From contig NW_013657679.1 in NCBI RefSeq assembly GCF_000142905.1, positions 250,657 through 314,656 on the forward strand: a stretch of 64,000 bases of DNA. The letters are read 5' to 3'. Under the pieces are notes generated by a model. That model made no database searches. It saw only the letters and a list, made by a program, of their open reading frames with translations, and was not told where the DNA came from. Shown here piece by piece: positions 10,260 through 22,217 of the stretch. Both the position numbers and the translations under genes were made by a program. Positions within the stretch are counted from its first letter, which is position 1. The number at the start of each line of letters is the position of its first letter. This stretch comes from Thecamonas trahens ATCC 50062 (taxonomy: Eukaryota > Protista > Apusomonadida).

Positions 10260-11833
10260 TCAGTTCTTCACTTGCACAACCAGGCCCGACGGGTGCTCGA
10301 CGGCGTACGAGTACACGATGCTGACACTCTCGCCCGGTGCAAGCGTCCCACTCCACGTCAGCTGCGCATCAGGCCCGAGTACAAAGGCGGGGCCTGTGCC
10401 AGGCGGCAGTTCCTGTGCAACAACGCGGACCCGCGGATGCTCCGGTTGTGGTAGGGTGTCGCAGACCTCGAGCGCCACAGGCAGCGCCGACGAGCTGGCC
10501 ACATCGACCCGGAAAGCATATGTCTCACGGCGCGCTGACTTGAACCAACCGGATGTGTGCGCGTTGGCTGCGAGCCGCTGCCGGTCGACGCGGACCTCGT
10601 TGTCGGAGCCCAGTGGGACAACGAGCGCCTGGCCAGGTGGCACCCACCCGAGGCTGCAAGTTCCAACATACCCGCCATCCACAAACACGCTCGCGACGCC
10701 TGGCGCCAACGCGACTCGCGACGTGTTGAGCGCGCGCGCGAGCATCAGCGCCGTCGGTGCCTGCCGCGGCCGGCACACGTGCCGCACCTCGGTCTCGAGC
10801 TCAAACTCGATGAGGCCGATCTCGTGCTGCGCCCCATCCGGGGCAATCTCTGCGGCCTCGAGCACATCGTACGTGGCAGTAAAGCAGTTGCCGTCCACCG
10901 CACTTCCTTGCCTCTCGCCTTCTGCCGCCACTGTCGCAGTCACGGCCACTCCAGACGGCGGGACCCGCCCGTTTCCCGCGGCGCCCGTCGAGACCACCAT
11001 CTGCGCCAGTTGCCACGCCTCGCCGGTGGCCTGCCACACTCTGGCTCGCATCGCCACTTCCATCGCTCCACCCAAGCGGTCCACATGCACCACGTACGAC
11101 GGCGCCCACCCGGCGCAACCGACCACCACGTAAGCGATCGCAAGGACCAGCGAGCCTCCTACCGGCGCGTCAATGTCAACTGCCACCGCCGTACTAGCCT
11201 GGCTGCTGTTTTTGCACGTCAAACCTCCATCTCTACCTGCCTCGCTGGTCTCCAGCCGCGCAAGCTCGGTCTTCTGCCAACCGAGGAACGCCACCATCTC
11301 TTCCGGTGACCGCACACGCCCACTCGTGCTGTCCGGCCTGGCCATACTCTGCGCAAAAGCAGCGAGCATCCGCCGCTTCACCTCGCACCGAGCCTTGGCG
11401 GCGTAGCGATCCTCGCTCGAGCCGCCGCCCGCCGCCGCACCGCTTGTTGCGATGTCATTCATCGACGTCGTCACCTTGACGCCACGGACACGCGCCCCGC
11501 CATGCACCGCCGCGCGGACCGAGTTCGGGTCCAACTTGGCCGGCAATCCATTGACGACCACGACATGCCGTCCTTCTGCACACCCGCACCGAGCACATGT
11601 GAGCTGCTGCCCTTCCCTACGCTCCTCTCTTCCTTGCACCTGCGCCCGCCCGACAACATACCTGACGGAACACTTGCCCGCACCGACCGCACCACCTCGG
11701 CATGGTCGCTAAACACGGTGACCTTAGACACGGTCGAAGACTCGACAACCACCCCCACGCCAGACTCTCTCGCTTCCGCCGCCGCGCTCTCCGCCGCCCA
11801 TTCGTGGATGAGCCCATCGTCGACCACAGCCAT
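10260..11833 (-). CDS. DUF4140 + DUF4139 (MuiA-like) protein; exons 11833-11662 and 11575-10260
   Basis: N-terminal VSKVTVFSDHAEVVR...VVNGLPAKLDPNSVR (DUF4140). Later YVVVGCAGWAPSY, VWQATGEAW, LAPGVASVFVDGGYVG, LGSD and WSGTLAPGE (DUF4139). Intron is GTATG...CAG. Confidence 0.88.
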
Positions 11834-11954
11834 GCCTGACACGAGCTAAGAACTCGAGTCGGGTCTGCCGCCCCGCCACACCCACACCGGCACCACAGCG
11901 GCGCAACGTGGCTGTTCAAAATCAGAAAGCTTTAACTCTCATCTCAGGGCCAAC

Positions 11955-13046
11955 TTACTGGCCCATGTCGATGGTGACCGTCGCCGGGTCAACGATCACG
12001 CACTTGCTGCCGGCGCAAGTCTGCGACGGCGAGACGTGGTTCGCCCACGAAGCCGTCACCTTGGTCGAACCCTTGGCCAGGACCAGGTTGGTGAAGAGAG
12101 AGGGCGCGTCGGGCAGGTACTCGCACGACGGCGCGCCATACGTCTCGAGTGTGTTGTACGCCCACGGCTGCGTTGCGAGCCGGGGATGGCTCACCGTGAT
12201 GGCCACAGTCTCGCCGTTGGCCTTGTTTGTCGAGCCGACGTAGAACGCCTCACTTCCAGTCCGCGTCATGTTGCCAAACACCACATCTCCCTCGTCGAGC
12301 AGTGCAACCTTGGAGTACACCGCTCCCGAGTGGATCGTCACATACCACGACCGCACGCCCCACGACGACCCAAACTCCACAGGATCGTCGTCCGATCCGC
12401 CAAGCACCGCCGTCGCCGGGTACTGCAGCACAGGCTGGATGATGTCAAACACCCGCGGCTCCGGATCAACCTTGGGAACTGCCAGCCCATCACCCCTTTC
12501 CGTCGTGAGTCACCATCCCCCGCCTCACCCTCGCGCCTCCCACCCTAGCCCCCCGATCGCCGCTGACTTACTCCAGTTCACATTCTGCAGGCCCGTAAAA
12601 ATGAACAGCACCTCGGGCTCGCGCTTCGGCTTGCCGTTCGGCGTCGAGATATCGCCGACAAACACATCAAGGCCGGCCTCGTACTCGTAAGAAGTGAACG
12701 CCTGCCACCCGTCGTAGCCGCCGAAACCGTCCGAGTCGCGCTTGTTGCCCGCGCGCGCCGCCGCCATCTGCGACTTGGACAGCAACATCGGAATGCGCCC
12801 GCCGTCAGTGTTGCACTCCATAACCTCGACGCTTCCATCCTTGGCCGTCAGCACCATCCGCCCGCGCCCGTCCTCGGTCACATGCGTCCCGGACGCCACC
12901 TCTCGAATGCATCGCGCCAGCATGTAACCCTGCGGCGTCGGGGCGTACAGCTCGCCATTCACCTCGTGCAGCTTGCCCTCGCAGCAGCCCGCACCAAACA
13001 CCGCCACCACAAGCGCCACCGCCGCAATCCAAGCTCCGGTGTACAT
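11955..13046 (-). CDS. Secreted preproprotein, putative glutamic peptidase (G1/eqolisin-like fold); exons 13046-12572 and 12478-11955
   Basis: Signal peptide MYTGAWIAAVALVVAVFGAGCCEG, a pro-region ending in KR, then FTGLQ / IIQPVLQ / SWYV / EGDVVFG / YNTLETY motifs. Intron is GTAAGT...CAG. Confidence 0.65.
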
Positions 13047-13193
13047 TGGTATGTTCCACAGAGCAGTGTGTCCGAGCCCTGGCCCCGCCACCTTGAACTG
13101 AGGCTGTCTCCCCCCTTCCCCCCCTTTCCGCCTGCCACCAGCCACTCCCCATCACTCCACCCCCTCCACCCCCCCCCCCCCTCCCTCTTCCAC

Positions 13194-13670
13194 ATGTCGG
13201 TCACCGTCAACACAAAGATGCTCCCCAGGGGCCTCAAGGAGCTCCGCGCATGCCGCTCGTGCCTCCTGGTCAAGAACCGTGGCCAGTTTGAGAACACCGG
13301 ATGCGAGAACTGCGGCGAGGAGGTCGGCGAGGCCATCGCCTATCTCACCACCACCTCCTTCTCGGGCCTCATTGCCGTCATGGACAACGACACCTCAAAG
13401 TCATGGGTCTCGCGCTACCAGCGCCTCGGTACGTGAGACAATCCCACCTCCCTCTCCCCCTCCTTTCCTCCTACCTCCCCACTCATCCCCAGTCACCCCC
13501 GCTCTCCCTCAGGCGAGCGCAAGCCGGGTATGTACGCCATCAAGATCACAGACACTCGCCCGGCCGAGGACACACCCGCCTCAGGCGCCGCCCGTGACCA
13601 CTTTGAGCCCAACGAGGATGACAACAACTTTATTGTCGACGATGAAGAAGACCCCGAGGCTGTCTTCTAG
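13194..13670 (+). CDS. SPT4: Transcription elongation factor SPT4; exons 13194-13428 and 13513-13670
   Basis: LRACRSCLLVK..QF...GCENC zinc finger, TTSFSGLIA, SWVSRYQR and KPGMYAI motifs, plus an acidic tail. Confidence 0.95.
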
Positions 13671-13682
13671 CTCATCTCCTGC

Positions 13683-15412
13683 TCAGAGCGTCTTGTGCAT
13701 GTGAAAGTGCGGGACGCCGACCTCCTCAAACGGCTCGCCGTGAACACTGTAGCCGAGCTTCTCATAAAAGCCTGCCGCCACCTGCCGCGCATGCAAGGTG
13801 ATGTACGTCCCGCGCCCAGCGTAGTGCGTGAGATACGCCTCCAGCGCGGACACGAGCTCGCGGCCGAGCCCTTTCCGCTGCAGCGAGCTCGCCACACACA
13901 TCTGCATCAACCGCTGCTCGCCCACATGGTACATGACCACACCGAGGACGTGGGCTACCCGCTCCTCCGACAGCACCACCCTCCCAATAGTGGCATCGCT
14001 CTCCGCCACGTCGTCCGCTGCGCTCACCTCCCTCAACGCCACGATGTGCACCGACTCGTCGTCAAACTGCGACCATGAGGCGATGCCCACAGGTTCGAGG
14101 AGGACCTTGAATCGCAAGTGCTCCTCGCCGGGATACAGTTTGCTCCCAGGCACAATCGTGGTCAGCACAACATCGTCCAGCTCTGCAGTGCCCGCTGCCT
14201 TGCCCGATCGCACAGTCCCAGACGCACCTACGGCTGCGTGATCGCATCCGAGATCGACAGACTCGTAGCTGTCTGCCACTAGCGTCCGCCAGCTCGCCGC
14301 GTACAGCACTCGGTCGGGCCACGCGGGCAGCCGCTTGCGCGAAAACGTCCGCTCCTTCTTCTCTCCAATCATGCTCGCCAGCGAGCCACCAGCCCGCGGC
14401 ACCAGCCGGTACGTTGCCGGAAACTGGACAGGCGCCACATCCCGAAGTCTGCTTGTCGTAATCTCTGACTCGTACTGCGCCAGCACCTCGCATGCACTCG
14501 CACTGTCGGCAAACTTGGCCAGGCCCTCGGCTGGGAGCGAGACCGCCTTGGCCTCCACGTCGCCCTCGCTGCCGAGCGCCCACTCGAGCGCCGCCCGCCC
14601 ATCAAGCCGCACATTGGTGTCGCCGGCAACCAAAACAAGCGGATCAGCGCAGCTGCCCACCGTCTCGCTCACCATCGCGAGCATGTCCTCCATCGCCGCC
14701 CGCCGCACCTCGGCATACGGCGACGGCGCCTCGCCGAGCAGGGCCACCCGGTTGTCGGCATCGTGCGGGAGGTGAACGTTGACCGTTACGAACGGGAGCC
14801 ACGCCCGATGCTCACCGCAAGCAGTGCATAACCCTTGCGACGCTCCTCCGCGCCCAAGCATCGCGCGTGCAGCCATCCGAGCCCGTCGCCAAACGGTGTC
14901 ACCGCCCAATCGGCCGGCCACCACGCCGCGCCGTCAAACGCCCGCCATCTGCCGCCGTCACGGACCCGTGCCACCTCTACGAGCTCTGGCGACGCTGCCA
15001 CCATCACGCCCAGCCCCGACGGCACGCTGCTTCCTCCCCGCCCATCGTCGTAGAAGAGCGCCGATGGGACAAGCCCGCGCGCACGCGCTGCCACAGCCAG
15101 CGCACGCGCAATCATTCGCAACGACATCATCGACCGCTTGGGCGCGAGCTCCTGCAGATGCACCACGCTCCACTGCCGCAGCCCGTCGCCGCTATCCTCG
15201 CTGCTTCGCGGTGGAACCAGGCCAAGCACCCCGTTTGCCCACGTCTCCATCGGATCCTCGTCCGGCGGCGCTGCAAACAGTGTGTCCACGTTGGCCGTCA
15301 CCATGCTCACCCTCACCTTGCTCCCTACACCGCTAGCGAGGCTCGGCAGCCCAGAGAGCCCCGCTTCCACCTCTGCGCCGTGCTCCACTCCTTCCATATG
15401 ACCTGCCGCCAT
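13683..15412 (-). CDS. Type I-like inositol polyphosphate 5-phosphatase fused to a C-terminal GNAT acetyltransferase; -1 frame break near 14800
   Basis: 5-phosphatase motifs VTANV, HLQE, RKG, VNVHLPHDADN, GDTNVR, FPATY, PAWPDRVL and DH. These are followed in frame by GNAT motifs QMCVASSLQRKGLGREL, LHARQVAAGFYEKLGY and GEPFEEVGVPHFHM. Confidence 0.85.
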
Positions 15413-15638
15413 CCCCAGTCTCACCTTTCGCTGCCAGCAGTTTGCAGTCGAGTCTGGTCCTATGTCCTCGTCCGCGTCAACACAACTACAACTTGGCCCA
15501 ACCTGTCGAGTCTCCACTAGGCGAGACTTGCACTCCTTCCGTAATTGGCAACGCTTACAAACGCACGCCATAAACTCCACGCCCCCGATTCTTCCCCCCC
15601 CTTTCTCTCCCTCCCGCCCCCAACCTCACTCCAGTCTC

Positions 15639-18600
15639 ATGCATCCCCTAACTACCGCCGCCTTTGCGCTCCTCCTAGTAGTCACCGTGTCTGCCATCAC
15701 CCACCAAGGTATGCTCTCTCACTCCCCTCCCCTTCTATTCACTATTCATCCCTGTCCCTCCCCCCCCTCCCCCCCCCCCCTCCAAACGTGTGTTCCGCTG
15801 ACTCAACGCCCATACCGCGCCTACAGTCATCACCATCGAGGCCGAGGATGGTGCCCTCGAGTTTCCCATGACAGCCTACGCGGGCTCACCCCTCCCTGGC
15901 GTTGGTCTGCCGTCCGGCGGCCTGTATACCGCTGTCAAGACCAACAACAACTATCAGCCCGTCGACGTGAACGGCACTTATGTCTGCAGGATCAGCGGCT
16001 ACGAGCCGCCCGGGAACAACGACCACGTTGTCTCCAACGGCTTTGTCTCGGCTGCCTTTACCCTTGTCGAGCCGGCGGTCATCAAGGTGGTGAGCCGAGT
16101 CCTCGTCCCGAGATCTTCAGCCAACTCGTTCTTTCTCACGGTTGCATCGCCGGAAGCGCCGGGAGCGCCGCTTGTGCCGCACACCGAGTGGCACCTTGAC
16201 GACGCGGAAGACTGGATCGAGGCCACCATCCCGACTGAGTGCCTCATCGCCCCGGCCGGGGCACTCAATGTCACCCTCCAGTACCGCGAGCGCGACACGG
16301 CCGTGGATTGGATCCGTGTCACCACCGACTTTGCCGGCCCCCGCCTGGTCAACCTCCGTGGCTGTCCCACGGTTGTAGATCTCGCCACCAATTCGTCGCG
16401 CATGGCCTGCCCGTCGTCGGGCACCTCGGGCACGCTCCTCCAGATCGTCGGTACCAACTTCTGTGGTCTTGGCATGGTCGCCGTCGACATTGATGGTGTA
16501 CCCGCCTCGATCGTCTCCTTTGCACCCAACTCGGGCTGCAATGCAGACGCCATCCATCCCGATGGCACCCACGTTCTTCTCGTTGAACTTCCGCGTCTAG
16601 CGGGCACCAATCGTCTCCTCTCGGTGGTTGTCAACGACAAGCGGGCCTCGCTGCCCATTTCTTTTGCCCCGCCCGTCGTCACCGCCGTCACCGGCTGCGG
16701 CTCCGGTGCTTCCGACTCGGGCGCACTCGTCCTCACAAACTGCGCTCGCTCTGGCGGCGATCGCATCACTCTCTACGGAACCGATCTGGGCTATCCGGGT
16801 GCCAATGTTTCGGTCATGATCGGCTCGGAAGTCTGCACGGACATCACCCATCCGCTCGAGGCAAAGCCGACGGAAGCCATCGAGTGCTCGGTCCCGCCCG
16901 GCACCTCTACCGATCTCCGCCTTTCTGTCTCGGTTGAAGGCCAGTCTCCCATCGCGTCGTACTCACGCGCCGTTGTCTCGCTCTCTTACTTTCAGGTCGG
17001 CTGCAATGCACACGGGTGTTCCGGCAACGGCGCCTGCGACGCGCTCTCGGGTGCCTGCTCATGCAACGTCTGGTTCCGAGGCGAGCGGTGTACCTCAGAC
17101 ACCCGCATCGTCATCCTTCTTCCTGTCCTCCTCGTCGCCCTCGGCTGCTGCCTCACCGTCATCGGCGTCATCTTCTATCGCCGCAAGGCAGTGACCTACA
17201 AGCTCACCTCGGACTCGTCGCTGGTCATCGAGCCGGACGCGCTCTCCGTCGGCCGCAAGGTCGGCCACGGCTCGTACGGTGTCGTCTTTGCGGGCGTCTG
17301 GCGCTCCACCCCGGTCGCCGTCAAGCAGATGCACGCCAAGACGCTCAAACCAGCCCAGCTTCGCGAGTTTGTCGACGAGGCCAGCATGCTGCTTCGCCTC
17401 CGACACCCCAACATTGTCATCTTTATGGGTGTCACCCTCGAGCCGCCCGCCATTGTCACCGAGTTTATGCCGCGTGGCTCGCTCTACGACGTTCTTCATG
17501 CCCCGAACATCTTTCTAGACTCGTCGATCGTCTTCAAGTGGGCACACCAGATGGCCCAAGGCCTTCAGTTTCTCGCCCACTCGGATGTTGTTCACGGCGA
17601 TTTTAAGTCGCTCAACGTTCTCTTTGACTCCAACTGGATGCCCAAGATCTGCGACTTTGGCATGGCCTCGGTCAAGGGCGACACCGGTCTACACGCTGTC
17701 TCCGGGCCGTCATCGTCCAAAAAGGGCAAGCAGAGTCGCAGGCGGAGCCGCGCCACTGCCCGCGTCGGCCCATCGGCGACTGCGAGCACCACCAGAACTT
17801 CCTCCATGCACGCCATCTCGCTCGGCTCGCTCCGGTCAAAGTCTGGCACCGGCGCCAATGGCAGCAAGAGCGCCCCCGGTGCCGTCGCAAACGTTGGCAC
17901 CCTTTTCTGGGCTGCTCCCGAGGTCCTTGTCTATGGGGCTGCTGGCCTCTCGACTGCTGCAGATGCCTTTGCCTTTGGCGTCACTCTCTGGGAGCTCGCC
18001 TCGCGCGATCACCCTTACGCAGGCGAGAATCCTCTCGCCGTCGCCCTTGAGGTTGTCGAAGGCCGTCGTCTCCCGCTCACTGCAGTCCCGCCCAACCTGC
18101 AGCCCCTTGTCGGCATTATCACCGGTCTCTTTGTGGGGGAACCCGAGTCCCGCACCACCCTCGACAACCTCATCGCCGAGCTCAGCACCCTCTATGACTC
18201 TTCGGCGGTCATCTACCCCACCACCGCCGCAAAGCCCTCGGGCCGCATCATCCTTGCCCATGCCGCCCTTCTCGACCACGAGGCTCGCTTCCTCATCGAC
18301 CCTATGGACCTGTGCGCCGAGCTCATCACCTTTCACTCTTCCTTTGATCGCATCACCTCGGGCGCAGGCTGCGCCATTATTGCCCGCAGCTTGACCTCGG
18401 TCTCGTTCTCGGCACACACACCATCGCAGCTCGCCACCGTTCTCTCGCATCTCGATGCCTTTGCTGAAAAGTCTGTTGCCTCGCTTGGCATGGTCGTCGC
18501 CAGCGAGACCATCACATCGACGACGGACGACGCAGGCACGAACCGTCTCGAGGGCCCCGTTGTCGCACTTGTCACCCGCCTCTGGCTACATCTCTTTGGC

Positions 18601-20061
18601 TCGTCTGCCGCCTTTTCGCTCTCATCGCTCGCGCCGAACCTGGCCTCGGCAGCCATCGCCGACACGAAAACGCCGCCCACCGCCACCGGAGTCCTGCCTG
18701 TCCGCCGCGGTGTTGCTGTCACCACCGATCTGGTCTCTCAGCTTAACCTGCCGGATGACGTCGCCGTCTCGCCTGTCATTGCGTGGCCAAAGCCGCCGCA
18801 TCTCGCCTCTCCCGCCGCTGCCTCCTACTGCCTCGTCACCTCCGACGACACCATACCGGGTCTAGTCCCGCTGGATTCGGCAGTCGGCTCGGAGGACATC
18901 TCATCGAACATTGTCGCCGCAACTGCTCATACCTCGGTGGTTTTGGCGTCGTCGTACAAGGAGGGCTCACTCCCTGCAATCTCGGATGCCGGCGAGAGCT
19001 CGCCGTCTCCTGGTTTCGTCAAGAAATCGTTTGCCTTGTCGACCGGCACAATCGCGGCCCCGCCAGTCCGGCAATGCGAGCTGCCATCCCCATCGCTCTC
19101 CACCCCTTTCATCTCGGAGCTGTCCAATGAGGTGCCGTCGCCCATCCGGCCGCGTCTTGCCATCGACCCAAAGTCGTGGATGATGCCCGCCAGCACCGTC
19201 CATGCCATCGTTTCGGGTGCCACAAGAACGTACACCGGCTCGTACGCCAAGATCTACGAATCCGACTGGAAAGGCCGGCCTGTCATCGTCAAGATCATGC
19301 TCCGCCAGTCGTTCAAAATGCCAGAGCTCATCAATCTGGTCGCCCTTGCTGGGCGTGCTTCCCGCGGCGCCCGCCCTGGCCTCGTTGCTCCCATCGCTGT
19401 CTCGGTCTTTGAGCCTTACATCGGTCTCGTCTTTCCACACTACTCGGCCGGAGGCCTCAATACGCTCCTCGACGGCGCCGCAACCAAGTCCAAGTCCTCG
19501 GCCTCCACACCTGTTGCTTCCATCGGCAACCTCCGCGTTCCACTCAACGCCTACAACGTCCGCACTATTCTCATCTCGACCGCGTTGTCGCTCTACAGGC
19601 TGCACACCGACGTCGGCATGGCTCACGGCTCGCTCAAGCCGGCCAACATCCTGCTCTTGCTCAACACCGACGGTTCCGTTTTGGAGGCAGACCTCACCGA
19701 CTTTGGCCTCTCCGGCATCAAGGCCAACCTTGGCACGATGACTGTTGTTCCCACCGTTGCCTACACCTCGCCGCAGGCGCTCCGTGGCAACGACGAGTCG
19801 CTCTCCTCAGACATCTTTGTGTTTGGGACCCTCATCTACGAACTCTCCTCGCGGTCGCCGGCGTTTACCGGCAGCAACGCCCTAGAGGTTGCACATCGCA
19901 TCCTCAACAGCGTCTTTCCGGACACTTTGTCGCTTCCACCCGCACTCGCCCGCTTGGTGGAAGAGTGCTGGGCCGAGGACCCGGCTGAGCGGCCCGATGC
20001 CGCCAACCTGCTCGCACGCCTGCAAGCGCTTGATGCCTCTCACTACGTGCTAAAGAAATAA
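15639..20061 (+). CDS. Receptor-like TKL kinase: signal peptide, CBM-like, IPT/TIG x2, EGF, TM, kinase, degenerate cyclase-like domain, pseudokinase; exons 15639-15708 and 15827-20061
   Basis: Signal exon MHPLTTAAFALLLVVTVSA; ITIEAEDG; ITLYGTDLG (TIG); CSGNGACD..CSCNVWFRGERC (EGF); TM. Kinase 1 has GHGSYG/VAVK/HGDFKSLN/DFG/WAAPE. Kinase 2 has HGSLKPAN/DFG/YTSPQ. Confidence 0.9.
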
Positions 20062-20086
20062 ACTGCAAGCGCGCTTTCCTTTCACA

Positions 20087-21976
20087 TTATGAGCCGGCGT
20101 CTAGGACGCGCTCAAGGCCCAGCGCGCGGAGGAGCGAGCCTGCAGGCCCGGACCCGCCCGTTGTCGCCATTGCCTCGCCGTACGACTCAAGCAACGCCGC
20201 TACCTGCGCCACTCCGCCAGCTCCGTCGCCTACCGCTCCGAGCACACCGTGGACCTCGCCCCGCCCAAGCTCGTCCTCGCCTGCGAGCTCGGCATCCATT
20301 GCCTCCATCGACGCGGCCACGGCGGCGTCGTCGCGCCCGCTCTCCATCGAGAGCGCGTCGCGGAGCGCTGTTCGGAGCGCGACAGCGTCGACTTCAACAC
20401 GAGGTTCAGCTTCGATATCGGCCAGCGAGTGCCGCCCAGCGTCGGCTTCCGCACCGTCGGGCCCGCCCGAGCTCTCCACAAACGCGCGGACACGCGTCGC
20501 CATTTCGTCCGCGAGGCTCTCATTTGCCATCTCGTTTTCATCGCCGAGCGGCTCGCTGCCGCCCTCACCTTGCGCAGCGTCAAACGCTGCGTATGCTTTC
20601 AGCTCGCCTGCCAGATACCTTTCAAGCTCCGGTGGCTCCAGATAGAGCCAGCTGTCCGACGAGGGCGACGGCAGGGATGCAAGGTCCACAGCTTTCAGCT
20701 GAGCAACGAGCTCACCGACGGCTCCGTCGTCCACCAGGCTTGCGACGCTTGCCGAGATCAAACGAGCTGACTCGGTGAGCCGGGCGCGGACCCACTGTAG
20801 CGCACACGGGCGGTCTGTACCCGGACCGCCAGCTTGAGGCGCGACTTCAAATGCAGCTTTGGCCGCAGCCATCTGCGACCTCCAGCCCTCACTGCCCTGT
20901 ATCCACGGCGCACCACTGTTTGGATCGGTAAAGTAGCCCGAACGAGTGAGGATGGTGAGAAACGAGCGCCATCGCGGAGAGTCGGCTACTGCCTCACTCG
21001 CTTCTTCCACGCCGTACTCGTGAAGCACAGTTGCCAATCCAGAGCTGAGCGCAGGTCCGAGGACGTCGGCGACACCGGCAACATCACGCGGTCGTCCGTC
21101 GTCAGTTGCATGCGAGGCCAGACTCGCATAGTTGAGCTTGGAGACGCGGAGCGAGAGCCAGACCTGCGACTCTGCGTCGTCAATCGCCTGCGCCAGCGCC
21201 GCCGGCCATTTCGGCGTCTTGCTCGGAACGGTAGCACTACTTGCCGGTGGCGAGACAAGTGACGCCGCCAGAAGGGCAGCTTGGGCAAGCTGGTTGACGT
21301 CTGCGCCCTGCTGGCGCGCCGCCGCGAGTGCCACCGCTGCCGGCAGCGCGACCTGCGCGTTGACACAGACCTCGAATTCAGCGCTCTGAGCCTCGCGCTC
21401 GGCCTTGGCAATCCGCGCATGCAGAGCGGCGGTGGCAGCTCGAGGCGCTCTCGTGACGGGCTCAAGATTTGCAGCCGCCAGCAGTGCGTGCATCCGAGAC
21501 GCGCCCTCGTCCTCGCTTGTCGGCGCGCCGACCGGGACGAGCCCGATTTGAGCCGGCGAGACCGGCGCCAGCGGCAAGATCCGCAGTTCACCGTCGGCCC
21601 AGAACACCCGATGTGCTGCAGTATCCGGATCAAGACCATCGGGCAAGTGCAGTGCGGCCTCGATGAGGTAGATCAGGCCGTCCGAGTCCTCGGCAACCAC
21701 CAGCGTGCCGGGGACTGCAGCCGCGGCCTCGTGGGCCTTGCCCACCGCCACCCATTCATCAGCCACCGAGTCGCCAAAGAACAGCAGCGCCTCAACCGAG
21801 CCGTCGCTCCGCGCCCGCACCGTCGGTGGGCCCACATGCCACAGATACTGCCCACGCGCCATGGCCGCCACCACTGCGGCCAGCAGCTCCTTGCCTACCA
21901 CCGCCTCGCGCGGAATGAGCCTCAGCCGCAGCATGTCTAGCGCCACCGCCGCCTCGCCCACATGCCCAGCAGCCAT
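20087..21976 (-). CDS. ECD: Ecdysoneless (ECD / SGT1-domain) homolog
   Basis: FGDSVADEW, EDSDGLIYLIEAALHLPDGLDPDTAAHRVFWADGELRILP, WRSFL..L.RSGYF and SDSWLYLEPPELERYL match conserved ECD blocks. Confidence 0.85.
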   Translation of the reverse strand: MAAGHVGEAAVALDMLRLRLIPREAVVGKELLAAVVAAMARGQYLWHVGPPTVRARSDGSVEALLFFGDSVADEWVAVGKAHEAAAAVPGTLVVAEDSDGLIYLIEAALHLPDGLDPDTAAHRVFWADGELRILPLAPVSPAQIGLVPVGAPTSEDEGASRMHALLAAANLEPVTRAPRAATAALHARIAKAEREAQSAEFEVCVNAQVALPAAVALAAARQQGADVNQLAQAALLAASLVSPPASSATVPSKTPKWPAALAQAIDDAESQVWLSLRVSKLNYASLASHATDDGRPRDVAGVADVLGPALSSGLATVLHEYGVEEASEAVADSPRWRSFLTILTRSGYFTDPNSGAPWIQGSEGWRSQMAAAKAAFEVAPQAGGPGTDRPCALQWVRARLTESARLISASVASLVDDGAVGELVAQLKAVDLASLPSPSSDSWLYLEPPELERYLAGELKAYAAFDAAQGEGGSEPLGDENEMANESLADEMATRVRAFVESSGGPDGAEADAGRHSLADIEAEPRVEVDAVALRTALRDALSMESGRDDAAVAASMEAMDAELAGEDELGRGEVHGVLGAVGDGAGGVAQVAALLESYGEAMATTGGSGPAGSLLRALGLERVLDAGS

Positions 21977-22217
21977 AGTGCACAAGGTAGCGAGAAGGTA
22001 GACAAAGCTCGATTCGACGCTCTCAGCGAGCCAGTCGAGAAGTGTCCGCCGGCCTCTTCCGCCTGCACCTTGCCTCCTCCATGGGCAGCCATCCGCCAAG
22101 GGCCGCCCGCCGACTGGCCGAATTGAGTGATTCGCGGGACCGAGTCGGGAGCCATCCATCTAGCCAGGCGGGGAGTCGAGACCCGAGGGCGGATGGCTAC
22201 GTCCACTCCTCGCCCCC

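Noticed and set aside
14720-14816. GTGAGC as an intron donor repairing the 5-phosphatase frame break
   Set aside because: The next usable AG would delete the conserved VNVHLPHD motif.
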